From positions 8,987,728-9,051,727 of the forward strand of contig NC_057754.1 in the NCBI RefSeq assembly GCF_004010195.1: DNA of 64,000 bases, written 5' to 3'. Under the pieces are notes generated by a model. That model was not told the origin of the DNA and did no database searches. It worked only from the letters and a program-made list of their open reading frames with translations. A program made the translations under genes and the position numbers. Origin of the DNA: Chiloscyllium plagiosum (Eukaryota). Below, in pieces: positions 26,905-38,094 of the stretch (its first letter is position 1; each line of letters begins with the position of its first letter).

Positions 26905-27747
26905 TCACTCGTGAATTCGCTGGTGCTGTAGCAGGTTGGAAAACTGAGTGAATCCCATCCCACACATAGAGCAGGTGAATGGCCTGTCCGCTGTGTGGAC
27001 ACGCTGGTGTTTCAGCAGGTTGCAAAACTGGGTGAATCTCTTCCCACACGTACAGCAGGTAAATGGCCGCTCTCCAGTGTGAACTCGCTTGTGTCTCATA
27101 AGAACATTGCTGCTTTTAAACGTCTCCTCACAGTCAGAACATTTAAAAGGTTTTACATCAGAGTGAATACGCTGATGTTTCAGTAGGTTGTATGACTGAG
27201 CAAATCCCTTTCCACACTTGGGACATGTAAACGGTCTCTCTCCAGTGTGAGTTCGCTGGTGAACAGTGAGTTCAGATGATCTCCTGAATCCAGTTCCACA
27301 GTGAGAGCACCTGAATGGTCTCTCGTCAGTGTGAACACGTTGATGGCATGTCACTTCCCCAGAACTTTTAAAGCATTTCCCACAGTCTGGGCATTTAAAA
27401 GGTCTCACATCAGTGTGAACTCGTTGGTGTTTCTGTAGGTTTGAAGAGGCAGTGAATCTCTTCCCACACACAGAGCAGCTGAAAGGCTTCTCCCCACTGT
27501 GAATGAGTTGGTGTCTCAGTAGATACTTCTTGCTTTTAAATTTCTTCTCACAATGAGAACATTTAAAAGGTCGTTGCTCAGTGTGAACATACTGGTGTGT
27601 CAGCAGACTGGATGACTGAGTGAATCCCTTCCCACAAGTAGAGCAGGTGAATGGTCTCTCCCCAGTGTGACTGCGTCGATGAATTTCAAGCTCAGATGGA
27701 TAACTGAATCCCTTTCCACAGTCTACACATTTCCATGGTTTGTCAAT
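26905..27747 (-). CDS. C2H2 zinc-finger protein, 10 tandem fingers (ZNF-B); start codon uncertain
   Basis: Open frame 26905-27840 with 10 intact fingers; the family start ATG GAG AAA is ATT GAC AAA at 27747; acceptor TTTCCTAG at 28098. Confidence 0.85.
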   Translation of the reverse strand: MDKPWKCVDCGKGFSYPSELEIHRRSHTGERPFTCSTCGKGFTQSSSLLTHQYVHTEQRPFKCSHCEKKFKSKKYLLRHQLIHSGEKPFSCSVCGKRFTASSNLQKHQRVHTDVRPFKCPDCGKCFKSSGEVTCHQRVHTDERPFRCSHCGTGFRRSSELTVHQRTHTGERPFTCPKCGKGFAQSYNLLKHQRIHSDVKPFKCSDCEETFKSSNVLMRHKRVHTGERPFTCCTCGKRFTQFCNLLKHQRVHTADRPFTCSMCGMGFTQFSNLLQHQRIHE

Positions 27748-28274
27748 GCCATGGGTATCCTTGGGTCTCTCCAGGTTGGACAAATTGTTTGGAGCCTTGT
27801 CTACATACACTACACTGCACTGTGAAAGGTGCAATGTTGTTCAGGCTGTTCAACTGTTGGAAGCTATTTCTACAATCAGTTAACTGGAACACCCACAATT
27901 CAGCGTGTGTATCTTGGTGCTTTTCCAATCACATTGATGTTTGAAATCTTTTTGACAAACAGAACAGACAAACATTTCTCCTTCCACATTCAAAGGATGA
28001 TGATATTCATGTCCTGATAAATAAAGAGATTCTATCAAATCTTGACGTGATTTTTTGATGTGAGTTGTTCATCTGATAATCGTCCAATTATAGAGTCCTA
28101 GGAAAGGAGTTCAGAAAGCCCAATGACTGAAGTTGAAGACAGAAATATAGAAAAGAAGATTTTGGTTTCTATGGAGCACTTTCTTCTAAAGTAGTAAATA
28201 TTTGTCTCTCTCTCAAGCTTTCCACGCTGGAATTCAATCCTGAGTGTCATCTCTATTATTTTGCTTGGACTTCA

Positions 28275-29195
28275 GCTATTTGCAATATAAATTAATGATT
28301 TAGATGTGGGAATTAAATATCTCCAAGTTTGCAGACAAAATAAAGCTGGGTAGGTGAGTGAACTGTGAGGAGGAAGCAGAGATGATTCAGTGTAATTTGG
28401 ACAAGGTGACTGTGTGGGCAAATGACTGGAGAGAAAAGTAATGTGGATAGTAATGAGATTATCCACTTTAGTACCAAACCAGGAAGGCTGATTGAATGGC
28501 AATAAATTGGAAAAGGGGAGGGTACCACAAGACCCAGCTATCCTTCAACACCAGGTCAAACAAGCAGCTCTAACAAAAGTCTTTGACTGCAGGACCAGAC
28601 ATATCTTGCTGCAATTATACAGGGCATTGGTGAGAACACATCTGGAGTATTGTGTGCAGTTCTGGTCTCCTTATCAGAGGAAGGGTTTTCTGGTTATGCA
28701 GGGAGTTACCAAAAACAAAAGTTGCTCAAGAAACACAGCAGGTCTGGCAGCATCTGTGCAAAGTAAGCAAAGTTAATGTTTCTTCAGAACTCAGAATTTA
28801 CCAACCTGACTCTTGGGATAGCAGAACTGACAATATTAACTGGATTGGTTAAAACCATATTCACTGCAATTTAGGAGAATGATCTTCTCGTTGAAACTTA
28901 TAAATTTTAAACAGGGTGAACAAAGGAACGGTATTCTCGATGACCAGGGAGTCCAGAACCAGGGGTCACAGTCTAAGGATATGTGGTGGTCTGTTTAGGA
29001 CTGAATTGAGGACAAACTTCTTCACTAGAGTGCTGAGCCAGTGGAATTCTTTCACACAAAAAGTGGTTGAGGCCAAATCGTTGAATGTTTTCAAGCAGAC
29101 AGATATAGTTCTGAGGGCTTAAAGGGATCAAAGGCTAAGGGGAGAAAGTGGGAACACGGTCCAGAGTTGGATGATCATTTTTGAACAGTGGAGTA
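28275..29195 (+). mobile_element. Old CR1 3' portion (contains a Penelope-like tail at about 28705-28790)
   Basis: ISKFADK, LYRALVRTHLEYCVQFWSPY, RTRGHSL motifs. Confidence 0.75.
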
Positions 29196-29279
29196 TTTTC
29201 CCGTGTGTCAGCTCTACACTTTTCTTCGACCACTCTCCGTTCTCTCCCCACCACCATCCCACCCCCGTACTCTGGCCAG

Positions 29280-29850
29280 AGCTGACTTCTACAGCCCGGG
29301 TCTGCGAGTGAGAACAAAATCAGATGAGTCAATCGTTTTCCTTCCTGGCCACTGAAGCATCGCCGACCCTCCTATCCCTCACCAAGATGGCCACCCAGTC
29401 GCCCTCCTCGCTGAACCCGCCTAACCATCCCCTCACCAAGATGGCGGAGGGGGTTAGCCATCCTCGTCACCCCGCCCCCGTCACATCATTGAGCAACAGC
29501 CCGCCTCCCAATCACAAAATGGCGGTCACTCACCTTTCTCTCCCCACCCACCACCCACCCAAAGGATGTTCCTCCTTTCTCTTCCCCTCCCCCGCGGGAC
29601 CTGTGAGCTCTTATTCGGAGCCCCAAGCCTCGCCTACAACGTTGATAATGTTGCCAGGTCCTAATGCTACGATTTCCATTCTTACCTTATCTCACAGACA
29701 CTTCCCGCCGCCCTAACCGTCCGCTCCTCCTCAGGCTGTCCCCATAAATGACACTGAGCATGCTCAGACCACAACACGTTCCTGCTCCTGCGCAGTGAGC
29801 TCCGGTTCCCACTGATGGGGGGCGGGGGGGGGGGTTTCTGGGGCATTCCC
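29280..29850 (-). promoter_or_regulatory. CpG-rich promoter and non-coding first exons of ZNF-B
   Basis: YY1-type motifs CAAGATGGCC 29383, CAAGATGGCGG 29437, AAAATGGCGG 29516; GC boxes, CCAAT; minus-strand donors AAG|GTAAGA (29686) and AAG|GTGAGT (29534). Confidence 0.7.
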
Positions 29851-30949
29851 AGTTGGAAAACTGCCATATAGTGCCATTCATGAACAAATCTTATTCATTT
29901 CCCAAAGAGCAGAGTGGGGACTTCATAGGTGAAGTTCGCATCAAACAGGAAACAACGCAGGCTCTGGACATTTCAGTAAACCTGCTCGTACAGCAGAACC
30001 ATTGTAATCAGTAAGATCACACATTATCATCTGCTAGGATACAGCCAGAACTTACAGGAGCTGGGTCGTAGAAAATCATTTCATCAAAACCAGAGAAATA
30101 TTTGCTTAATGTTTTAAAGTTTTCACCGGATTTCCTTCCTGTCCTAAAATAATTGCAGCACAGAATGATTATTCCATTTCAGTCTATTGTATTCATGCTA
30201 GTTCACTGGAAGAGCTGTTCACCTAATCCAGTATTCTCAGCTTTTCTCTAATGTCCTGCATGATTGCTGTCGTCAGATAATGGTTTAATTCTCTGTTGAG
30301 AGCTTCATTTCAATTTGTCACCATTACACTTTCACTTCATAATTTGCTTGATTTTTGTACTCTTTGCCCATGCCTCTAAAGACCAAAATACTTAAAGAAC
30401 CACGTTTTGTTTTGGCCTTCCACCTTCAAGTAATAAAAATGACAAATCTACACACCTCCATTGCAACCAGAGAACGTATTCAAGTGCAGTGCTTCAATTA
30501 GTGATCCAGACTGTGAAATCATTTGTGTGTCTGGATGGCTATCTGTAGCTGAGTGCCTGATTGCTGTATTAAATCTAACATCTCCACAACCATTCCACAC
30601 TTCCTTTGCAACAACATGAAGAATATACTGCTTTTGTTTCATTTCATTTACATCCTCAGACTGTTTGCAAATTCCTTTTATACGTCATCTTCTAACACAT
30701 ATATGTTCTCCACTACAAAAACTTACATTGGTCTTACTAACAGGTTGCAAGAGGATTGCTGTGGTTACAGTTTGGAAATACTGTTTTTTAAGTGAATGAG
30801 TAGAGCTCTGACAAATGGATTTTAATGAAGTAAAAAATGAGATTGTTCATTTTGGCAGAAAGAATTTAACAATCTGTTTGAAATGGTAGACATTGCGCAG
30901 CTCTGAGATGCAAAGAGATTTGGGTGTCCTCGTGCATTATTCACAAAAG

Positions 30950-31238
30950 TCTAGATTAGAGTGGTGCTGGAAAAGCACAGCAGGTCAGGCAGCATCCGAG
31001 GAGCAGGAAAATCGATGTTTCGGGCAAAAGCCCTTCATCAGGAATAGAGGCAGGTTGCCTGCAGAGTGGAGAGATAAATGAGAGGGGGGTGGGGGTGGGG
31101 AGAAAGTAGCATAGAGTACAATAGGTGAATGGGGGTGGGGATGAAGGTGACCTGGGGGTTGCAGTGAGAGAGAGACTCACTGAGATTCTTGTAGAGAGAA
31201 GAGGAAAACTTCTTCAAAGCAGGCATCCATTTTTACCT
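30950..31238 (-). mobile_element. Penelope-like family A truncated insertion with hammerhead motif
   Basis: 14-bp TSD ATTATTCACAAAAG (30936-30949, 31239-31252); minus strand CTGATGAAGGGCTTTTGCCCGAAACATC. Confidence 0.8.
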
Positions 31239-31329
31239 ATTATTCACAAAAGGTCAGTCTCTGTGTAATTAGGATAATTAACAAAATGTTATTATTTATT
31301 GTGGAGCATTGAATTGGAAAAAATATTGA

Positions 31330-32430
31330 CTGACTGAGTTTTTGTTGTCACATGTCCTGAGGTATAGTGAAAAGTGTTGTTTTGCATGCTATACAGGCAG
31401 ATTTTACATACAAAGTGCATAAGGGTAGCAGAGCGGAATGCAGAATACCGTATCACTAGGAAGGTACAGAGACAGAGTTCAGAATTAATATTTGAGAGGT
31501 CCATTCAAAAGTCTGATAACAGCAGGGAAGAGTTTTGAGAAGATTTGTAGCTCAGGTTAAGGTTCTGGATGTATGTTTGTTCGCTGAGCTGGATAAAGGA
31601 TGTTTTTCGGACGTTTCATTACCATACTAGATAACATATCAGTGAGCCTCCGATGAAGCGCTGATGTTATTCTCCGCTTTCTATTTATGTGTTTATATGT
31701 GCTGGTTTGCATGAAGAACTGGGCTGTGTTCATGAATCTGCTGGTTCTTGTGGTCTTGGGAAGAGTAGTTGCCAAAGAACACTGTATCCAGACAGGATGA
31801 TTTCTATGGTGCATCTACAAAAAGTGGTTAGAGTCCTTGTGAACTTGCTGAATTTCCTTAGCCTCCTGAGAAAGTAGAGACATTGTTATGCTTTCTTGAG
31901 CATTGCGTTGACATGGGTGCACCAGGACAGATTGTTGGTAATCATCACTCCCAAGAGCCTGACCCTTTTGACCATCTCCACCTCAGGACCACTGATGCAG
32001 ACAGATGTGTGCCCTCCACTCCGATTCTGGAAGTCAACGAGCAGCTCCTTCAGTTTACTGACATTGATGGAGAGATTGTTGTCTTTACAGCAAGCCGCTA
32101 AGCACTCAATCTCTTTTTTGTATTCTGCATCAACATTGTTTAAGATTGGACATACAACGGCGGTGTCATGAGCAAACTTGTAAATGGAGTTGGGGCAGAA
32201 TTTGGCCACATCGTCCTGAATATAAGAACTATATTAGGAGGCTGAGTATGCAGTCTTGTGGGGCACCAGTATTAAGGATTATGGTGAAGGAGATGTTGTC
32301 ACCTATTCTTACTGATTGCGGTCTATGGGTCAGGAAGTCAAGGATCCAGTTACAGAAAGGGAGCCAAGACGTACGTCTCAAAGTTTACGGATGAGTTTGT
32401 TTGGAATTATGGATGAAGATAGAACTGCAG
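31330..32430 (-). mobile_element. Rex1/Babar-type LINE RT fragment
   Basis: KFAHDTAVV...CKDNNLSINVSKLKELLVDF...LLGVMITNNLSW. Confidence 0.82.
31533..31695 (-). mobile_element. Penelope-like family B 3' fragment inserted in the Rex1 element
   Basis: Matches 1040-1098 and 23412-23494; hammerhead-like CTGATA-TGTTATC-TAGTAT-GGTAAT-GAAAC-GTC at 31610-31642. Confidence 0.65.
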
Positions 32431-32464
32431 TTAATGAGTGCCTGATGGAGAAAATGGTGAATGA

Positions 32465-32590
32465 GTTCTGAAGAGTCATATCTGACTCAAAACGATGACT
32501 GTTTCCCTCATCACACATGCTATGAGACCTGTTGGGTTTTTCCAATGTTTTCCCTTTTTATTTTCCAACCCCTGCGGTATTTTGCTTTTA
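32465..32590 (+). mobile_element. Old Penelope-like tail (family D) with degenerate hammerhead
   Basis: TCTGAAGAGTCATATCTGACTCAAAACG followed by ATGCT..GACCTG..G..TTTTCCA; relatives at about 19425, 28705 and 54265. Confidence 0.5.
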
Positions 32591-32832
32591 GAAAATTAGC
32601 ACGTTCATGCTTTAGGTGTTCAGGAAGCATGAGACCACTACTGGAATACTGTAAGCAGTATTGATCTTCTTGTTTAAGGAAGAATGTAAAAGTATTGGAA
32701 GCAATTCAGAGAAGATTTACCAGATCGGTTTCAATGTGGTTACGCAGGATAGAAAACATATATCATTAAGCCATTTAAAATTGGTACAGCACACACCCTC
32801 CTCAATACACATACAAAAGTACACTGTTTGAG

Positions 32833-34615
32833 ATAGTCATAGTCATAGATTCATAGAGATGTACAACATGAAACAGACCCTTCGGTCCAATGCCGACCAG
32901 ATATACCAGTCTAATCTAGTCCCACTTGCCAGCACCTGGCCCATATTCCTCCAAACCCCTCCTATTCATATACCCATTGAGATGCCTTTTAAATGCTGCA
33001 ATTATACCAGCCTCCATCACCTCCTCTGGCAGCTCATTCCATACACGCACCAGTCTCTGTGTGAAAAAGTTGCCCCTTAGGTCTCTTTTATATCTTTCCC
33101 CTCTCACCCTAAACCTATACTCTCTAGATCTGGACTCGCCCACTCCAGGGAAAAGACTTCTCCTATCCATGCCCCACATGATTTTATAAACCTCTATAAG
33201 GTCACCCCTCAGCCTCCAATGCTCCAGGGACAACAGCCCTAGCCTGTTCAACCTCTCTCTATAGCTCAAATCCTCCAACCCAGGCAACATCCTTGTAAAT
33301 CTTTTCTGAATCCTTTCAAGTTTCACAACATCCTTCCGATAGGAAGGAGACCAGAATTGCATGCAATATTCCAAAAGTGGCCTAACCGACGTCCTGTACA
33401 GCTGCAACATGACCTCCCAACTCCTGTACTCAATACTCTTGACCAATAAAGGAAAACATACCAAACACTTTCTCCACTATCTTATGTCCTTGCGACTCTA
33501 CTTTCAAGAATCTATGAACTTGCACTCCAAGGTCTCTTTGTTCAGCAAACTCCCTAGGACCTTACCATTAAGTGTATAAGTCCTGCTAAGATTTGCTTTC
33601 CCACAATTTAACACCTTGCATTTATCTAAACTAAACTCTATCTGCCATTCCTCAGTCCATTGGCCCATCTGATCAAGATTCCATTGTAACCTGAGGTAAC
33701 CCTCTTCGCTGTCCACTACACCTCCAATTTTGGTGTCACCTGCAAACTTACTAACTATACCTCATGTGTTCACATAAATGACATATTTACATAAATGACA
33801 AAATGTAGTGGACCCAGCACCAATCCTTGTGGCACTCCACTGGTCACAAGCCTTCAATCTGAAAAACAACCCTCCGCCACCACCCTCTGTCTTCTACCTT
33901 TGAGCCAGTTCTGTATCCAAATGGCTAGTTCTTCCTGTATTCCATGAGATCTAACCTTACTAACCAGTCTCCCATGGGGAACCTTGTCGAATGCCTTAGA
34001 GAAGTCCATATAGATCACATCTACCACTCTGCCCTCATCAATCCTTTTTGTTACTTCTTCAAAAAACTCAATCAAGTTCGTGATTTCCCACGCACAAAAC
34101 CATGTTGACGATCCTTAATCAGTCCTTGCGCATTCAAATACATGTAAATCCTGTCCCTCAGGATTCCCTCCAACAACTTGCCCACCACTGAGGACAGGCT
34201 CACCGGTCTATAATTCCCTTACCGGAGAGAGTGAGGACTGCAGAGGCTGGAGATCAGAGCTGAAAATGTGTTGCTGGAAAAGCGCAGCAGGTCAGGCAGC
34301 ATCCAGGGAACAGGAGAATCGACGTTTCGGGTATAAGCCCTTCTTCAGGAAGAAGGGCTTATGCCTGAAACGTCGATTCTCCTGTTCCCTGGATGCTGCC
34401 TGACCTGCTGTGCTTTTCCAGCAACACATTTTCAGCTATAATTCCCTTACCACCTTTTTAAAATACCGGTACCACATTAGCCAACCTCCAGTCTCCCAGC
34501 ACCTCACCTGTGACTATCGATGACACAAATATCTCAGCAAGAGGCCTAGCAAGCGCTTCCCACAGAGTTCTGGGGTGCACCTGGTCAGGTCCTGCGGATC
34601 TATCCACCTTTACGC
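32833..34615 (-). mobile_element. CR1 LINE ORF2 3' half and tail
   Basis: ORFs 33854-34075 (YMDFSKAFDKVPHGRL) and 32916-33464; tail repeats. Confidence 0.93.
34224..34435. mobile_element. Penelope-derived hairpin element (inverted pLTR), family A
   Basis: 89-bp arms 34258-34346 and 34349-34437 with 3 mismatches and a 2-nt loop; 16-bp TSD CTATAATTCCCTTACC (34208-34223, 34436-34451). Confidence 0.9.
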
Positions 34616-34974
34616 GACATAGACTGGGACTGCCATAATGTTAAGGGTTTAGATAGAGAGGAATTTGTTCAGTGTGCACAAGATAAGTTGTTTTTTTTAT
34701 AGTCTGCGTTTTTCTGAATGCTGACAGGATTAACCTCTTCCCGAATATGTCCAAACTCTTCTGCTCGTTCATTTATTGAAGGCGTTGTTCGAATGGTCAC
34801 ATTTCCTTTTGGTATAGTTGTTCCCTTAAGTCAGATTGTCTCGTCATGTTACAGTATCACAGTTACGAATGTTCAAATGTTTGGTCCAGCCCCAGAGGGT
34901 TTAATCTGTTTCATGCAACGAACAGAAAGACCCAGCTGTCTCCCGGGGTTTGACACTAGTCAGGATTCCAAATA

Positions 34975-35610
34975 AGGGGGTGTTTCAGCCAATGAGGGAG
35001 AGTCGAGCTCAGTCCCACCCCCTCATTCACTCCGATTGGCTGGAAGTCCAGCCCCGCCCGCCCAGTCCTCCAGCCCCGCCCCCTCTTCCTATTGGCCCTG
35101 AGCCACCGCCAACAGCCGCAGTGCAGGGCTGCGGCTGGACGGAGCAGATCATGTGGAAATTTTATCGCAGGTGAGATCCGCTTGGGAGAGCGGCAGAGAG
35201 AGTGATGGAGTGGTTAACTGCATTGGGAGGTTTCAGACTCACTGTAAGAAAACTTTAAACCATAATTTTGAAGCTTCCCCCCCCCCTCCCCAAACTCCAG
35301 TGAAGCCGATGGCGGCTTCGTCGCTTCTTTCCAGTATCAGGCCCGAGTGAACGGCCACCATCTTGAGAGGAGAGGACCAGTCGAGCGACGCATGCGCAGT
35401 CAGGTCGTTCGAGGGCTGAGGATCGGCCTGTGACCCCCGCCCCGGTGGAGTTGAACCCAGAATTCCCGCCCCTCGGAGGTGAGGCTTCTGTAACGTGCTC
35501 TGATTTGCTGGAGGACGCCCCCGCTCCCTTTCCTAATAGGTTTGGGCTCACTGTCAATCACATTCGCTGTTCGAGCATGCGCAGTGACGATGGCTGTTGG
35601 CGCTGCAGCT
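34975..35610 (+). promoter_or_regulatory. CpG-island promoter of ZNF-C
   Basis: Three CCAAT/ATTGG boxes and CCCGCCC boxes at 34985-35100, YY1-like GATGGCGGC and CCATCTTG, NRF1-like GCATGCGCA near 35390 and 35576; candidate donor CG|GTGAGG at 35759. Confidence 0.72.
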
Positions 35611-36016
35611 GATAGAGAACCTAGAACATTACAGCGCAGTACAGGCCCTTCGGCCCTCAGTGTTGCGACCTGTGAAACCTATCTATCCTACGCTAATCCA
35701 TTTTCATCAACGGGATGTCGTTGTCTGTACAGCGACCTGAGGCCAGGGGAAGGAATACGGTGAGGAGAGTGAGAACTGAGAATGGAGGAATGGAGTGAAG
35801 GAAGTGGGTTTTAATTCAAGGCAAGGGAGGAACATCCCAATTAGCAGGATCCCTAACTCAGCCGATGGAGCTTGCTCCACTATTCAATAAGATCCTGGCC
35901 TATTTGATTACTCCACATTCCTAACTCACCTCCAGACCCTTTCACCCCAGCTCACCTGAAATCTGTCTATTTCAGATTCAAAATAACCAAATATGCTACC
36001 TTTCAAGGAAGAGTAA

Positions 36017-36258
36017 TACGGTGACTCAGTGGTTAGCATTGCTGCCTCACAGCGCTAGGGACCCGGGTTCGATTCCAACACAGGGTGACTGTCTGTGTGG
36101 AGTTTGCACATTCTCCCCGTGTCTATTGTCTATTATCTATTGTCTATGTGAGTTTCCTCTAAGTGTTCTAGTTTCCTTCAGGGATGTGCAGGGTAAACAT
36201 AGGATAATAGAGAATCGGTCTGGGTGGGTTACTCTTCACAGGGTCAGTGTGGACCTGA
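36017..36258 (+). mobile_element. HE1-type SINE, degenerate
   Basis: Head and V-domain present. Confidence 0.75.
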
Positions 36259-36559
36259 TATGTCAGCATGTAATAACTGAAGTTTTCAGGATCAGAATTA
36301 TAGTTTATTGCAGCTTCATACTTGGGTCTATTTCAATAGGTTTAACTCGACTGCTTACATTTTTAAGAAGCAAAAGCTTTGACACATTTTAGCTTTTCTG
36401 TGAAAACATTAATTCCAAAAGTGATGTTTATTAGGGGCAAACAAAAGAAGGCCAAAGTCACACATTTAGTGTACTTTTTAACAAAGTCTAAAACAATAAG
36501 CATTGTTTTTCATTGATGATTTGTTGAAATCTCGATTCTGGGCTAAGGCAGGTAGATTA

Positions 36560-37580
36560 ATTGTCACATCATACTTAAAGCTCCATCTGGTGTCCACGTT
36601 GCCCATAAATGTAATTTCTAATGAAGCAGTGACCCTCAGCTCTACATTTACCCGTACAGGAAATATCCTTTTGATAGGTGCCCTGTCAATAGCTGTCATA
36701 TTTTTAATGCTTTAATCAAGTTGCATGTAACTCTTCAGAACCCACTAGATAGAAACCTAGCCTGTCCAACTATTACTCATAATACAACCCACCTTTTCTG
36801 GTTATAAGTTTAGTGAACCTTCTCTAAACTGCCTTTGATACATTTTCATCCATCCATAACTAAGGAGTCCAGTAATGGCACACAGTGAACACGCTGTTGT
36901 CTTATCAGTTCCCTTTACAATTGAAGTGTAACCTACCTATTTTTGCATTCAACCAGTGAACACCTACTAGCTCTTCTAATTACTTGTAGTACCTGCATAT
37001 TAACCTTTTGCAATTCATGCACTAAGAAGGCTAGATTACTCTGCATCTCAGAGCTCTGTAATTTCTCATCATTTCAATGAAATACTTCATTTTTATTATT
37101 CCTGTTGAAATGGAAAGTTTCCTGAAAACTCCCATTTTCAAGATCATTGTCCATTCACTTAACCTGTATCCCTTTGCAGCTTCCTTATGTCCTCTCAACT
37201 CAATTTCTTATTTATCTCCACTTTGTCAGCAAATATTGAAACCAAAGTTTTTTGTTCAGTTAATCCAAATTTCTGAAAACAAATTGCAAAATATTGAGGA
37301 CTCTGCCATGATCCCTGTGGCACGTCACTCATTACATCTTGCAAAACCGAAAGGAACACATTTATGACTGGCTAACTAACATGAACTTTTCACAATCACC
37401 TTTCATGTGACATCTTATGAAACACCTTCTGAAAATCTAAGTGCAGTACATTCAGGAGTTCTCCATTATCGATAGTACATGTTCCTCAAAGAACTCCAAT
37501 AACTTTGTTAAATGTGATTTCCATTTCCCAAAATCATGTTGACAGTCTGATGACCTGCAGCGTTTCAAAAAGCCCAACGA
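36560..37580 (-). mobile_element. Old CR1 remnant in ZNF-C intron
   Basis: Degenerate reverse-complement CR1 RT segments such as CAAAATCATGTTGAC and AAAATCTAAGTGCAGTACATTC. Confidence 0.5.
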
Positions 37581-38094
37581 AAATGTCTTTGCTAAACTTG
37601 AGGAAAAGTATATAGGACTGGGAGTTAAAGCTTTTGGGGATTAAAAGAAAGGAAACAGTATTGAAGAAAAACTTGAATTGTCTGTTCAGAATCTCTATCC
37701 TGTTCTGACAGTTAAAAGCTTGTAAACTCCTTTTACAGGATGTAGAAAGAGGATGTTTTAAAGGGTGAGAAGCTCAAATCAAATTTAATGTCAACATTAA
37801 ACAGAGTCACTTGATTCACGAGGAACAGAATATCAGCAGCAATGAATGAGAAAGAAGAAATGCTCACCTGTTCTATCTGTGGAAGAAGTTTACAAACATC
37901 AGTGTGAAAGGAAAAGCATCAAGTGTCAGGCCTGAATGAGAGTGTTCCAGTACCCTGACTGTGGAAAAAGCTTCAAGCAATTATGAGCATGATATTACAC
38001 CATTTAAAGCAGTGAGAAAACATACACATGTTCTGTGACTGGACGAGGCTTTGAGTGATCTTCCAAACTGGAGAGACACGAGGACACCGGCACC

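Noticed and set aside
29324..29716. 130-aa Pro/Ser-rich ORF with repeated TKMA
   Set aside because: By-product of a C-rich promoter with repeated CAAGATGGC YY1 motifs.
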